From the NCBI GenBank assembly GCA_965228735.1, contig OZ245838.1:800001-864000 (forward strand): DNA of 64,000 nucleotides. The letters run 5' to 3'. This DNA comes from Planctomycetota bacterium. Lineage in GTDB: Bacteria; Planctomycetota; UBA1135; UBA2386. The number at the start of each line of letters is the position of its first letter. Positions within the stretch are counted from its first letter, which is position 1. Below the pieces are notes generated by a model. That model had not been told where the DNA came from, ran no database searches, and worked only from the letters and a program-made list of their open reading frames with translations. The translations under genes and the position numbers were made by a program. Shown here in pieces: positions 28,963 to 39,564 of the stretch.

Positions 28963-30647
28963 TCGCCACATCGACCCTCCGTTCGTTCCTCGCGCTGGCC
29001 CTGGCCGGCGTGACTCTCGGTGTCACGACTGCGGCGCAGCAGGCGACCGGCGCGATCGCGAATCCGGCGCGGCCGCGCCTCGTCGTGCTCTGCGGCGTCG
29101 ATCAGCTCGCGCGGTGGGTGTTCGACGCGGGGCGGCCGTTCTTCGCCGAGGACGGCGGGTTTGCCGAGCTGCAACGCCGCGGCGCGACGTTCACCAATTG
29201 CGCGTTCGAGCACGCGTGCACGGAGACCGGGCCCGGCCACGCGACGATCGGCACGGGTGCTCCCGCGGCGCTGCACGGCATCGCGCGCAACCGTTGGTAC
29301 TCACCGCAGAGCAGGCGCGCCGTCTACTGTGCCGGGGCCGCGGCGGCGCCGCTCCCCGGGCTCGACGAGGGCAAGAATCGCGGCGCCGGTCGGCTGCTCG
29401 CCCCGACGCTCGCGGAGGTCATGGAGCGCGAGATCCCCGGCACCAGGACCGTCGGGGTCTCCTGGAAGGACCGGTCGGCGATCCTCATGGTCGGCGATCA
29501 CGCGGACACCGCCGCGTGGATCGAGACCGGCACCGGGCGGCTCGTGACGAACCGGACCTGGGGGCCGCAGGTACCCGAGTGGGTGGCGCAGTTCAACCGC
29601 GACGGCGTGATCGATTCGTTCTTCGATTGGGAATGGACCCGCACGGGACCGGCCGCAGCCTACGACGGACTCGTCGACGACCGGCCCTACGAGTCGAAGC
29701 ATGGCGCGAGCGACAGCCGGAGCCTGCCGGCCCGCCTCGTCGGCAAGGGCGGCCGTGATCGCGCGTTCTACAGCCAGGTCTACAACTCCCCGGCCGGGAA
29801 CGAGATCATCCGGATCGCGGCGACGCGCGCCGTCGACGGCATGCAGCTCGGGCAGGACGACACGCCGGACCTGCTCGCCGTGAGCTTCTCGTCCACCGAC
29901 GTCGTCGGGCACTACTTCGGGCCGGATTCGGTCGAATCGCGGGACGCGTTGCTGCGCCTCGATCGCGAACTCGCGACGCTGTTGACGTTCCTCGACGAGC
30001 GCGTCGGGCGCGACCGCTACGCGTTCTTCCTGACCGCGGACCACGGCGTCGGGCCGACGCCGGAGTGGGCGAAGGAACGCGGTCTCGACGCCGGTCGTGG
30101 GGTGCTGCAGGTGCAGGCTCGCGCCGCCGCCGAACGCGACATCAAGCGGGAGCTCGGTGACCCACCCGCGGGGCAGCGCTACATCGCCCACGTCGGCGAG
30201 TGGGCGCTGGTGCTCAACGGCGCCGCGTTCGCGGGCGAGGACGGCGAGCTTCGCCGCGCTCGAGCCGCGCAGGTCGCGGCTGCCGCGGTGGGCAACGTGC
30301 GCGGCATGAAGGCGGGCTACACGACTGCCGAGATCCTGGCCGGAGCCCATCCCGACGATGCGATCGTGAACGCGCTGCGGGCCGCGCTGCATCCGGATCG
30401 CGCGGGCGACGTGCAACTCGTGCCGCAGCCGTACTGGCTCGACGGTTCGATCACCGCGTCGCACGGCACGCCGCACGACTACGATCGCGAGGTCGTCGGG
30501 TTGGTGTTCGGCCCCGGCGTGCCGGCCGGCGTGACGATCGACGATCCCGTCACGCCTGGTCTCGGCGCCGTGCTGTTTGCGCGGATGCTCGGCATTCCGA
30601 TCCCGGCGCTGGCGACGGCCGCGGTGCCGGCCGCCCTGAACGACTGA
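28959..30647 (+). CDS. Alkaline phosphatase superfamily protein, PafA-like
   Basis: VDQL, TETGPGHATIGTG (Thr nucleophile), KDRSAIL, DVVGHYFGP, TADHG, HGTPHDYD; signal peptide; ATGA overlap. Confidence 0.9.
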   Translation: MIATSTLRSFLALALAGVTLGVTTAAQQATGAIANPARPRLVVLCGVDQLARWVFDAGRPFFAEDGGFAELQRRGATFTNCAFEHACTETGPGHATIGTGAPAALHGIARNRWYSPQSRRAVYCAGAAAAPLPGLDEGKNRGAGRLLAPTLAEVMEREIPGTRTVGVSWKDRSAILMVGDHADTAAWIETGTGRLVTNRTWGPQVPEWVAQFNRDGVIDSFFDWEWTRTGPAAAYDGLVDDRPYESKHGASDSRSLPARLVGKGGRDRAFYSQVYNSPAGNEIIRIAATRAVDGMQLGQDDTPDLLAVSFSSTDVVGHYFGPDSVESRDALLRLDRELATLLTFLDERVGRDRYAFFLTADHGVGPTPEWAKERGLDAGRGVLQVQARAAAERDIKRELGDPPAGQRYIAHVGEWALVLNGAAFAGEDGELRRARAAQVAAAAVGNVRGMKAGYTTAEILAGAHPDDAIVNALRAALHPDRAGDVQLVPQPYWLDGSITASHGTPHDYDREVVGLVFGPGVPAGVTIDDPVTPGLGAVLFARMLGIPIPALATAAVPAALND

Positions 30648-30828
30648 ACAGCGCGCGCCGTGGCGCCCGTGGCATCGCGGTTGCGGCCGCGCGTCGCCGC
30701 CTCGCGCTGGAGCGGCCGACCCGGGATCCGAATCCGGGCTACACTTGAGCACCCCCGAACCGTTCTCGGCCCTCGAGAGCGGGCCCTCCGCCGTGCGCCT
30801 GGCCCAGGTAGCGCACGGGTCATCTCCC

Positions 30829-31476
30829 ATGGACCGACTCTCCGAACGCTTCCCCCTCGAGCGAGGCAGTCACGACTCGCGCGAGCAAGGCATGTGTGCC
30901 ATGGAAATGGTCGCGTGGCTCGCCGGCGAACCTCATAGCGACGAACCCCGGTGCGCGTGCCCCGTGATCGCGGCGTTCGTGCGCGCGGCCAACGACGTGA
31001 TGGGTGGCGACGAGCGCAACGTGCATCTGCGACCGCTCGTGCCCCAGCTCGTGAACACCCGCCGCGGCTTCGCAGTGCAGCAGCGGCGCGGCTGGCTCGT
31101 CCTCGACTGCATGCTGCGCGAGCTCGTGCCGATGTGGCTCGAGCAACGCGGCCGCACGACCGCGGCGCGCGCGTTCCGGAGCCTCGGTTCCGTGCGTTCT
31201 GCGGTCGCCCTCGAGCGCGCCGCGGGTGCGCTCGGCGAGCACGGCGTGGAGCTCCGCGCCGCCCGTTGGGTCGTGCAGCGGGCCCGCGAGGGCCGGTCAC
31301 CGGCGCGCTTCGTGGCGGGCGCGGTGCAGATCGCGCGCGGCATCGCCGACGAACGGGCGTGGCCCGCGGTCGCGCGGACGATCGCCGCGATGGCAGCCGT
31401 CGGCCGGAACCCGCACGACGGCCGAACGCCCGAGGGGCGTCCGGTGTCGTCGGACCCTGCGGCTGCCGGGGCCTGA
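30829..31476 (+). CDS. Hypothetical Cys/His-motif protein (alternative start TTG 30745)
   Basis: GSH...CAMEMVAWLAGEPHSDEPRCACPVIAAFVRAAND motif block. TACACT at 30740-30745 favours the downstream ATG. Confidence 0.7.
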   Translation: MDRLSERFPLERGSHDSREQGMCAMEMVAWLAGEPHSDEPRCACPVIAAFVRAANDVMGGDERNVHLRPLVPQLVNTRRGFAVQQRRGWLVLDCMLRELVPMWLEQRGRTTAARAFRSLGSVRSAVALERAAGALGEHGVELRAARWVVQRAREGRSPARFVAGAVQIARGIADERAWPAVARTIAAMAAVGRNPHDGRTPEGRPVSSDPAAAGA

Positions 31477-31534
31477 TCCGCGGCGACGGGCCGTGCTCTC
31501 AGGTTGATCGACCGGCGTTGCCGATGGAGTCGGC

Positions 31535-32107
31535 ATGTCAGGGCGGGCAGCGTGGTGGGTGATACCGGCGGCAATCGCCGTGTTCGTCGCCGTGGCGCGC
31601 CTCGGTTCGGATCCGAACGCCGCCCAGCCGATCGCGCTCGATGCGAGCGCCACGACTGCGGCGGCAACGAACCCCGTCGCGCGGCAGAGCGAGATCGTCG
31701 CCGAGCCGCGCGATGCCGCGGCTCGCGGCGCGATTCGTGACGCGGCCGGGCCCGTGCCGATCGTGCGGCTGCGGGACGTCGCGGGGCAGGACCTCGGCAC
31801 GACCCTGATCGCGGCGACCCCGGACCTCGAACTCGTGCTGCCGCCGGCCGTCGCGAACCAGCGCGTAGCGTTCACCCTCAGCCGTCTCACGGGTGACGCC
31901 GAGGCGGCGTCGACGCCGTTCCTGGCCGGCAAGCTGCGGGTGCCGGCGTCCGGCAGGGCCGCGATTCGCGGCCTCCCGGCCGGCGAGTATTCGATCGTGA
32001 TCGACTGGGGCACAGCTGGCGCCGAACGCCGCATCAACAGCCCGCGGTTCCGGGTGCCGGGGAGCATCGATCTGCGTTCGTCCGCAGCCGCGGCGCCGCC
32101 GCGCTGA
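31535..32107 (+). CDS. Hypothetical membrane-anchored protein with Ig/prealbumin-like C-terminus
   Basis: N-terminal hydrophobic helix; IRGLPAGEYSI motif; fills the gap between neighbours. Confidence 0.55.
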   Translation: MSGRAAWWVIPAAIAVFVAVARLGSDPNAAQPIALDASATTAAATNPVARQSEIVAEPRDAAARGAIRDAAGPVPIVRLRDVAGQDLGTTLIAATPDLELVLPPAVANQRVAFTLSRLTGDAEAASTPFLAGKLRVPASGRAAIRGLPAGEYSIVIDWGTAGAERRINSPRFRVPGSIDLRSSAAAAPPR

Positions 32108-32171
32108 TCCCACGGCTCGTCGTCGCGACCCGGACTCCGCCGGCGGCGCCGGACGCGCTACGCTCGCGCCT

Positions 32172-34526
32172 GTGAGTATCGCCCGGAGTATCCGTTTCGT
32201 CCTCGCTGGCTCGACGCTGACGTTCGCCTTGATGTCACAGGGCGGCGGCGAGGCCGCACCCGTGCCGGACCAGGGGCGTGGTCGGCTCGACGCGCGCCGG
32301 GTCACGTCGGGAGAGTTTGCACCGGCGCGCTTCGGCCCGGCCCGGTGGCTCGACGGCGCGCACTACGCGACGCTCGAGCGGAGCGCTGCGGGTCCGCTCG
32401 AACTCGTGCGTTACGACGCGGTCTCCGGCGCCCGTGACGTGCTCGTCAGCAGCGCGATGCTGTGGCTGAGCAAGCGCGGGGATGCGCTGCGGATCGAGGA
32501 CTACGCGTTCTCGCCGGATCGCTCGCGGTTGCTCGTCTTCGCTGACAGCGAACGGGTCTGGCGGGCCAACACGCGCGGTGACTACTACGTGCTGCCGCTC
32601 GACGGCAGCTCGGAGCCGCACCGACTCGGCGGGCAGCTGCCGAAGTCGAGTCTGATGTTCGCCAAGTTCTCGCCCGACGGCCGCAAGGTCGGCTTCGTAT
32701 CGGGCAACGATCTCTACGTCGAGGACCTCGAGAGCGGCAAGCTGCTGCAGCTCACGACGGACGGCTCGGAGACGGTGATCAACGGCACGTTCGACTGGGT
32801 CTACGAGGAGGAGTTCGACTGCCGTGACGGCTTCCGCTGGAGCCCTGACGGTCGATCGATCGCATACTGGCAGCTCGATTGCGAGGGCGTGGGCGAGTTC
32901 TACATGATCGACAACCTGTCGGATCGCTACGCGCAGGTCGTGCCCGTGCAGTATCCGAAGGCCGGCACGACGAACTCGTCGTGTCGGATCGGCGTCATCG
33001 CGGCGAACGGCGGCAAGACGCAGTGGATGAAGACGCCGGGTGATCCGCGCGAGACGTACCTGCCGCGCATGGAGTGGCATCCGGCTGGCCAGGAGCTCAT
33101 GGTGCAGTGGCTGCCGCGGCAGCAGAACCACCTGCAGGTGCTCGGTTGCGACGTCAGGACGGGCGCGGTCCGCGTCGTTCACGAGGAACGCGACCGGGCC
33201 TACGTCGACGTGCGCGAGGACTTCCAGTGGGTCGAGGGCGGGGAGCGGTTCTTCTGGACGACGGATTCCGGGTTTGGCGATTCCGGGTTTGGGGATGGCG
33301 GGTCGGGCGGCGCGGGATCGGGCGGGGCGCGTGACAAGGCATGGCGTCAGGCCGGCACCGTGTTCTGGGACACGCGCGGCAAGCACGTGCTCGTCACGGA
33401 GCTGCCGCTGACGCGCGGGTTCGACGTCATGGGGGTCGCCTACGCCGACATCGATCGCAACGTGCTCTACGTGCACGCGAGTCCGGAGAACGCGACGCAG
33501 AAGTATCTCTACCAGGCGGGTGGCCCCGACGGCGTCCGGCGGGTGACGCCGGCCGACCAGCCGGGCTGGCACGACTACTCGGTCTCGGGCGACGGCTCGC
33601 TCGCGATCCACACCTACTCCGCGTTCGACCAGCCGCCCGTCGTCGACCTCGTTCGCTTGCCGTCGCACGAACGGGTGCGGGTGCTCGTCGACAACGCGGG
33701 CCTGCGGGAGCGCTACGCCGCGGTCGACAAGGGCCGCTCCGAGTTCTTCCAGGTGCAGACCGAGAACGGCGACACGCTCGACGGCTGGGTGATGTATCCG
33801 ACCGGGTTCGATGCAGAGCAGCGCTGGCCGGTGCTGTTCCACGTCTATGGGGAACCGTGGTCGCAGACCGTCAAGGACACCTGGTTCCTCGGGCATCACC
33901 TGTTCCATCGCTGGGTGTGTCAGCTCGGCTACGCCGTCGTGTCGATCGACGCGCGCGGCACGCCAGCACCCAAAGGGCGTGACTGGCGCAAGGCGCTCTA
34001 CCAGAAGATCGGGATCGTGAGCTCGTCGGACTGGAACCAGGCGGTCTCGAAGCTCTACGACGACTGGTCGTGGATCGACCGCGAGCGCACCGCGATCTGG
34101 GGCTGGTCCGGCGGCGGCGCGATGACCCTGAACATGCTGTTCCGGTATCCGGAGCTGTTCGCCGCCGGCATGTCGGTCGCGCCCGTGACCGACATCCGGC
34201 TCTACGACACGATCTACCAGGAGCGGTACTGCGGCGACCCGCGGCAGTTCCCCGACGTCTATCGCGAGTGCTCGCCGATCCACTTCGCGAGCCACCTGCA
34301 GGGCAAGCTGCTGCTCGTGCACGGCACGGGCGACGACAACGTGCACTTCCAGAACAGCGAACGCCTGTTCGACGCGCTCGTCGCCGCGGACAAACAGTTC
34401 GAGTATCTCGCGTACCCGAACCGCACGCACTCGATCCGCGAGGGCAAGAACACCCGCAAGCACCTCTACGGCGCGCTCGCCGACTTCCTGCAGCGGCGCG
34501 TGCCGGCCGGTCCGAAGCAGCCGTGA
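32172..34526 (+). CDS. Dipeptidyl-peptidase IV (S9B)
   Basis: NGTFDWVYEEE, YPKAGTTN, GWSGGG, YDTIYQERY, HGTGDDNVHFQN, YPNRTH. Confidence 0.95.
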   Translation: MSIARSIRFVLAGSTLTFALMSQGGGEAAPVPDQGRGRLDARRVTSGEFAPARFGPARWLDGAHYATLERSAAGPLELVRYDAVSGARDVLVSSAMLWLSKRGDALRIEDYAFSPDRSRLLVFADSERVWRANTRGDYYVLPLDGSSEPHRLGGQLPKSSLMFAKFSPDGRKVGFVSGNDLYVEDLESGKLLQLTTDGSETVINGTFDWVYEEEFDCRDGFRWSPDGRSIAYWQLDCEGVGEFYMIDNLSDRYAQVVPVQYPKAGTTNSSCRIGVIAANGGKTQWMKTPGDPRETYLPRMEWHPAGQELMVQWLPRQQNHLQVLGCDVRTGAVRVVHEERDRAYVDVREDFQWVEGGERFFWTTDSGFGDSGFGDGGSGGAGSGGARDKAWRQAGTVFWDTRGKHVLVTELPLTRGFDVMGVAYADIDRNVLYVHASPENATQKYLYQAGGPDGVRRVTPADQPGWHDYSVSGDGSLAIHTYSAFDQPPVVDLVRLPSHERVRVLVDNAGLRERYAAVDKGRSEFFQVQTENGDTLDGWVMYPTGFDAEQRWPVLFHVYGEPWSQTVKDTWFLGHHLFHRWVCQLGYAVVSIDARGTPAPKGRDWRKALYQKIGIVSSSDWNQAVSKLYDDWSWIDRERTAIWGWSGGGAMTLNMLFRYPELFAAGMSVAPVTDIRLYDTIYQERYCGDPRQFPDVYRECSPIHFASHLQGKLLLVHGTGDDNVHFQNSERLFDALVAADKQFEYLAYPNRTHSIREGKNTRKHLYGALADFLQRRVPAGPKQP

Positions 34527-35032
34527 GCGGGTTCTTCGACCCGGCGGACCTGCCGTTCACGGGCCTGCTCGAGCGCGCGTTCGACGACGTGCTGGCCGAG
34601 CTGCAGGCGCTCGGCGCGGGCGCGTTCGTCGAGGCGCCGGACTCCCTGACGACGGTCGAGGACGGCTACGACGAGCGCGGCTGGCGCTACTTCGATCTCG
34701 TCGGCGGCGCTGCCGCGTCGTCGTCCGGCGAGCGCTGCCCGCGAACGATGGCGGTGCTCGCCGAGGTGCCGGGCCTCGTGAACGCGGGGTTCTCGCGCTT
34801 CGCTCCCGGCACGCACCTCTACCCGCATCGGGGCGAACTCGCCGGTGTCCTGCGGTGTCACCTCGCGCTCGTCGTGCCGCCCGGCGACCTCGGCATCCGG
34901 ATCGGCGACGAGACCCGGCGCTGGGAGACGGGCCGCTGCATCGTCTTCGACGACACGCTCGAACACACTGCGTGGAACCACGCGGCGGGTGACCGCGTCG
35001 TCCTCCTCGTCACGTTCGCCCGACCGACGTAG
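34523..35032 (+). CDS. Aspartyl/asparaginyl beta-hydroxylase family dioxygenase
   Basis: CPRT, AGFSRFAPGTHLYPHRG, LRCHLAL, FDDTLEHTAWN, DRVVL; GTGA overlap. Confidence 0.88.
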   Translation: MSGFFDPADLPFTGLLERAFDDVLAELQALGAGAFVEAPDSLTTVEDGYDERGWRYFDLVGGAAASSSGERCPRTMAVLAEVPGLVNAGFSRFAPGTHLYPHRGELAGVLRCHLALVVPPGDLGIRIGDETRRWETGRCIVFDDTLEHTAWNHAAGDRVVLLVTFARPT

Positions 35033-35058
35033 CGAGAGTGGGGCCGGGCCCCTGCCCG

Positions 35059-37965
35059 CTACTGCGTGAACAGGTTGAGGTGCTGGTTGCTCGTCACGAT
35101 CTCGAAGTTGGCGTCGATCGTCACGACCTGGCTGTACCACACGAGGCCGGTGAGCGGGACGCCGGGCGGAGCCGTGATGGGCAGCGAGTAGTTGCCGCTG
35201 CCGTTCGTGTAGTCGAACAGGCTGATCGGGTTGCCACCGACGAGGATCGGCGGGACGCCCGGGAAGAGCGTCGGGCCGCCGTCGAGGCCGATCACCCAGA
35301 TGAACGGCTGGCTCGCGGGCGTCGTCACGTCGAGCGTGAGGTTGCTGCCCTGCTGAGCCATCGGCGGATCGAGGTGCAGTCGGGTCGACAACGGCGCGGC
35401 GCTCGTCGACGTGAGCACTTCGATGTCGTCGATGCCCCAGCCGCCGCCCTGCACGGTTGCGTCACTGTCGAGCCGGAACTCGAGCACGAGGTTGGGGCTG
35501 TTGTCGACGCTCGGCGGCAGTGACTGTTCCCAGGTCGTCCAGCCCGTGTCCTGGAGCGGTTGCTGCGGGCTGAAGTAGACCGGCACGCCGTTGACCCAGA
35601 TCGACAGGCGATCGAGGAAGCCGACGTCGACGCTCGCCCAGCGCTTGAAGCGCAGCCGCAGGTTGCTGTAGGCCGAGCAGTCGATCCCCGGGGACCGCAG
35701 GTACGAACTCGTGGACGGCGGGTAAGCGCCGGCCAGGTTGTTGCCCGCGCACGACGTGCCGCTCGCGGCACCCGCGGGGTCCTGCCACCACGAGCCGGCC
35801 GCCCCGGTCGGCGTGCCGATCTGCCAGTCGTCGACTCCCACCGTGGCGCCGTGCGTCCAGCCCGGTCCGCCCGCTTCGAAGTCCTCCGTCCAGATCGTCT
35901 CGTCGGCGTACGTCGCGTACTCGAACTCGCCGGTCACCGGCAGGCGATACGTCGTCGAGCCGCTGTGGACGGCCTCGAAGTGGTACGTGAGCGTCTGCGA
36001 CGACGGCATGCCCGGCAGCAGCGCGCGCCAGCCGTCCGGGGTCCCGCTCGGGATCATCACCTGCTGTCGCGGCTGACCGTCGTCGTAGTGCACGCGCACT
36101 TCGGTGAAGGAGCCGAAGCTCGGCACCGCGCGGCACTCGACGAGGCGCGGCGTGAGCGGCTGGTCAGTGCGCTCGAGCGGCGCATCGTGCGCGAGGAACC
36201 CCGGCAGAATCGGCGGATACGGCAGGCTGTGCGAGTTGCACGCGGCCGCGAGCTGCGCGTGGTGCGGCGTGCCGTTGACGATATTGCCGTCGTCGTCGTC
36301 GGCGATGAAGACCTGCGTGACGGCGGCCGGTTGGTTGATCGCGTTGGCGACGACGGACGCGAGCACCGTGTTGTTGCTGATGTCGATCGCCTGCGCGGTG
36401 CCGAACGCGCTCCGCAGGTTCTGCCGGTACTTCCAGGCGAAGCCCATCCAGGTCTGGCCCTGACGGTGCACGCCGCCGCCGGCCGGGTACTGGCGGCTGT
36501 TGTTGCCGGTCCGGAGCCCGCCGCCGCTGCTGTAGAAGCCGTGGCCGATCGTCGGGTCGTCGAGCAGATAAATGCTGCAGATGTCACCCCAGCCTTCGCT
36601 GAGGCCGTCGACCTGCGAGATGCCGCCATAGCGATCGTCGAGGCCGTGACCCCACTCGTGCGCGATCACCGACGCGCTCGCCGTGTTGTTGCAGCTGCCC
36701 TGCGCGCGGTAGAAGTTGATCGAGTTGCCGCTGTAGTAGGCGTTGCATGATGCCTGGATGTTGACCGTCGGTTGCACGCGGCTCGCGAGATCGAGCTCCG
36801 GCGTGTTGCCGAGCACGCTGCGCAGCAGCTCGTTGATGCGATCGACCCAGTAGAAGCACGTCGTGTGCGCGAGTTCGTTCTGCGTGCTGTTCACCGCGCC
36901 GAACTGCAGGGTCTGCGGCACACCCGGCTGCAGCGTCGTCGTCACGGTGAGCGCGTTGCTGCCGATGATCCGGTTGCAGTGGATGCCGTCGAGCTCCAGC
37001 GTCGCGAGCACGGGACTCGTGAGGTCGACCGTGAACTGCCCGTTCTGATCGGTGACGAAATCACCGATCCCGGCGAGCGCGATCTCGAGGCCGACGAGCG
37101 GCTCATTGGTCGGCGTCGTGGCGGGGGAGAACTGGGTGTGGACCCAGCCCATCACGGTGAACGTGGTGGGCACCGGTGCGGCGGTAGCTGCGCTGGCCGA
37201 GGGAGTCGGCCGATGGATCGAACACCCGAACCCGCACTCGTGCTTGTCGGAGCGCCAGGCCAGCACGCCGCCGGTGTGCGCGTCGACGTAGACGCGGCCG
37301 ATCGGGCCGTCGCCCTGCCGATCGACCGCGGCGATCGGGATCTCCCACGCGAGGGCCGGAGCGACCGGTGTCGCGCTGCCGTGATCGGCCCAGATCACGA
37401 GGCGACTCTTCTTCGCCGTGCCCGGTTGCGGCACCGCCGTGGGGGTCACGCCGCGGTCCTGCCACGCGATCGCCGTGGCGGCCTCGACCGTGATGCGCGG
37501 CTTGCCGTCGAAGGTCTTCGGGATCGGCACCGCCGTGCTGCCGAGGAAGCTGATGCGCCCGCGCATGTGAACCCGGACGTCGGCGCGGCCGCCGATCACG
37601 GGCAGGCCCGCGTGCGACTGCGCATACGTGAACGACCAGGTCCGGCCCATGCGCGCGCCCGTCCGCTCGACGAACGTGCTGGTGCCGAGCCCGAGCAGCT
37701 CGGACCAGCGATGCAGCTCGACGTCCGCGTGCCGCCTGGCCTCGGTCAGCGAGTTCGCGCGCCAGTCGACGAGGTCGTAGCCGCGACCGAAGACCTCGAG
37801 CGGTGTGCCCGTCGCGCCGTGCCAGCGCACGAGCCAGGGGCCCGGAACGGCGCTCTGGAATCGGGCCCAGGCCGCCGCGGTCGCGGGCGTTGGTTCCTGG
37901 GCCGGCAGGAGCGGACCGAGCAGAGCGGTGGCGGCGAGAGCACGAATGGCGAGGGAAGCGGACAT
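35059..37965 (-). CDS. Secreted M4/M36 (thermolysin/fungalysin-like) metalloprotease with accessory C-terminal domains
   Basis: Signal peptide; FTP/PepSY-like propeptide (VYVDAHTG); CNAYY, HEWGH, SEGWGD; EDFE...GWGIDDI jelly-roll domain. Confidence 0.88.
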   Translation of the reverse strand: MSASLAIRALAATALLGPLLPAQEPTPATAAAWARFQSAVPGPWLVRWHGATGTPLEVFGRGYDLVDWRANSLTEARRHADVELHRWSELLGLGTSTFVERTGARMGRTWSFTYAQSHAGLPVIGGRADVRVHMRGRISFLGSTAVPIPKTFDGKPRITVEAATAIAWQDRGVTPTAVPQPGTAKKSRLVIWADHGSATPVAPALAWEIPIAAVDRQGDGPIGRVYVDAHTGGVLAWRSDKHECGFGCSIHRPTPSASAATAAPVPTTFTVMGWVHTQFSPATTPTNEPLVGLEIALAGIGDFVTDQNGQFTVDLTSPVLATLELDGIHCNRIIGSNALTVTTTLQPGVPQTLQFGAVNSTQNELAHTTCFYWVDRINELLRSVLGNTPELDLASRVQPTVNIQASCNAYYSGNSINFYRAQGSCNNTASASVIAHEWGHGLDDRYGGISQVDGLSEGWGDICSIYLLDDPTIGHGFYSSGGGLRTGNNSRQYPAGGGVHRQGQTWMGFAWKYRQNLRSAFGTAQAIDISNNTVLASVVANAINQPAAVTQVFIADDDDGNIVNGTPHHAQLAAACNSHSLPYPPILPGFLAHDAPLERTDQPLTPRLVECRAVPSFGSFTEVRVHYDDGQPRQQVMIPSGTPDGWRALLPGMPSSQTLTYHFEAVHSGSTTYRLPVTGEFEYATYADETIWTEDFEAGGPGWTHGATVGVDDWQIGTPTGAAGSWWQDPAGAASGTSCAGNNLAGAYPPSTSSYLRSPGIDCSAYSNLRLRFKRWASVDVGFLDRLSIWVNGVPVYFSPQQPLQDTGWTTWEQSLPPSVDNSPNLVLEFRLDSDATVQGGGWGIDDIEVLTSTSAAPLSTRLHLDPPMAQQGSNLTLDVTTPASQPFIWVIGLDGGPTLFPGVPPILVGGNPISLFDYTNGSGNYSLPITAPPGVPLTGLVWYSQVVTIDANFEIVTSNQHLNLFTQ

Positions 37966-38213
37966 GGGCCGCGCCGATGATGCGTTCTGCCCGGGCCGTT
38001 GTCACCTCCCTGGCGCCACCGAGGCGGGGCTCCGCGCCAGAAGCGACCATGCCGAGGCGGGGTCCCGAGATGCTGTCCACCGTGTTCTCCGCGTGGCGGC
38101 GACCGTCGGCGACTCCCGGCCGATCAGCGCCGCCAGATCGGCGCGCGGGCTCGCGCGGCCCGGCGTCGGCTTGCGATTCGGCTGCCCGTGCGTAGATCGG
38201 GTGCTGAAGAGCC

Positions 38214-39548
38214 ATGACGTGGTCCGCACACTCGCTTCTCTCGACGCTGCCGCAGGGTGCCGGCCTGTTCAAACCGAGCGAGCAGGCGCAGGCGCCGCAG
38301 GAGCCCGAAGGGTTCTGGTTGTGGCTCTACGAGCACCAGCTCACGGCGCAGTGGATCGGGCTCGGTGGGCTCGTCGCGGCGGCCGTGCTCACCTGGTTCG
38401 TCACGTGGCTGCTGCTGCTGCCGCTGCTCGGCCGCCTCATCAAGCGGAGCAAGTTCACGTGGGATGACGCGTTCCTCGACGCGCGCTTCTTCCGCTGGCT
38501 CGTGAAGCTGTTCCCGGCGCTCGTGATGTTCTCGGGCGTCACGGTGGTGCGCGATCACTTCTATCTCGCCGACACCGCGTACGGCGCGATCCGCAACCTC
38601 GCGGCGGCCGTGATGATGATCTGCGCCGTGCTCGCGATGTGCGGCCTGCTCAACGCGCTGCAGTCGATCTACGCGGCCAGGGCCGGCAGCGCGCGGCGGC
38701 CGATCAAGGGCTACGTCGAGCTCGTCAAGATCTTCCTCGTCGTCGTCGGCGGCCTCGTCGCGATCGCGCTGCTGCTCGGCCGTGACGTCGGTGGGCTGTT
38801 GACGGGCGTCGGCGCGATGACCGCGGTGCTGATGCTGATCTTCAAGGACACGATCCTCTCCGCGGTCGCGTCCGTGCAGCTCGCGAACCAGAACATGCTG
38901 CGCATCGGTGACTGGATCGAGATGCCGAGCGTCGGCGCGGACGGCGACGTGATCGACATCGCGCTGCACACGATCAAGGTGCAGAACTTCGACAAGACGA
39001 TCTCGACGATCCCGACCTATCGCCTCGTCAGCGACACGTTCAAGAACTGGCGCGGCATGAGCGAGAGCGGCGGGCGGCGCATCAAGCGCAGCGTCGTGAT
39101 CGACGTCTCGACGATCCGCTTCCTGACCGACGAGGAGGTCGAGAGCTTCGGTCGGTTCGGGTTGCTGAAGAGCTACATCCTCGACAAGAAGCGGCGGCTG
39201 AAGAAGGAGAACGAGGGCAAGGATGCGGCGTCCTGTGACCTCGATCGGCTGCGGCTCACCAATGTCGGCACCTTCCGCGCCTACATGGTGCGCTACCTGC
39301 GCAGCCTGCCGAAGGTCCACAGCGGCATGACGTTCCTCGTGCGACAGCTGCCGCCGTCCGAGAACGGGTTGCCGATCGAGATGTACCTGTTCACCAACAC
39401 GACGGCGTGGGGCGAGTACGAGGACGTGCAGGCCGACATCTTCGACCACCTGCTCGCAGCGCTGCCCGAGTTCGGGCTGCGCGCGTTCCAGCGACCGACC
39501 GGGGCCGACCTCGCCGGGTTCGTGCGGGCGGAGCAGCAGGCCCCCTGA
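38214..39548 (+). CDS. Mechanosensitive ion channel, MscS family (YbdG-like)
   Basis: GVGAMTAVLMLIFKDTIL, GDWIEMP..GADGDV, VQNFDKTI, NWRGMSESGGRRIKRS, LTNVGTFRAY, EFGLRAFQ. Confidence 0.95.
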   Translation: MTWSAHSLLSTLPQGAGLFKPSEQAQAPQEPEGFWLWLYEHQLTAQWIGLGGLVAAAVLTWFVTWLLLLPLLGRLIKRSKFTWDDAFLDARFFRWLVKLFPALVMFSGVTVVRDHFYLADTAYGAIRNLAAAVMMICAVLAMCGLLNALQSIYAARAGSARRPIKGYVELVKIFLVVVGGLVAIALLLGRDVGGLLTGVGAMTAVLMLIFKDTILSAVASVQLANQNMLRIGDWIEMPSVGADGDVIDIALHTIKVQNFDKTISTIPTYRLVSDTFKNWRGMSESGGRRIKRSVVIDVSTIRFLTDEEVESFGRFGLLKSYILDKKRRLKKENEGKDAASCDLDRLRLTNVGTFRAYMVRYLRSLPKVHSGMTFLVRQLPPSENGLPIEMYLFTNTTAWGEYEDVQADIFDHLLAALPEFGLRAFQRPTGADLAGFVRAEQQAP

Positions 39549-39564
39549 ACTCTCGATCGGGGCG

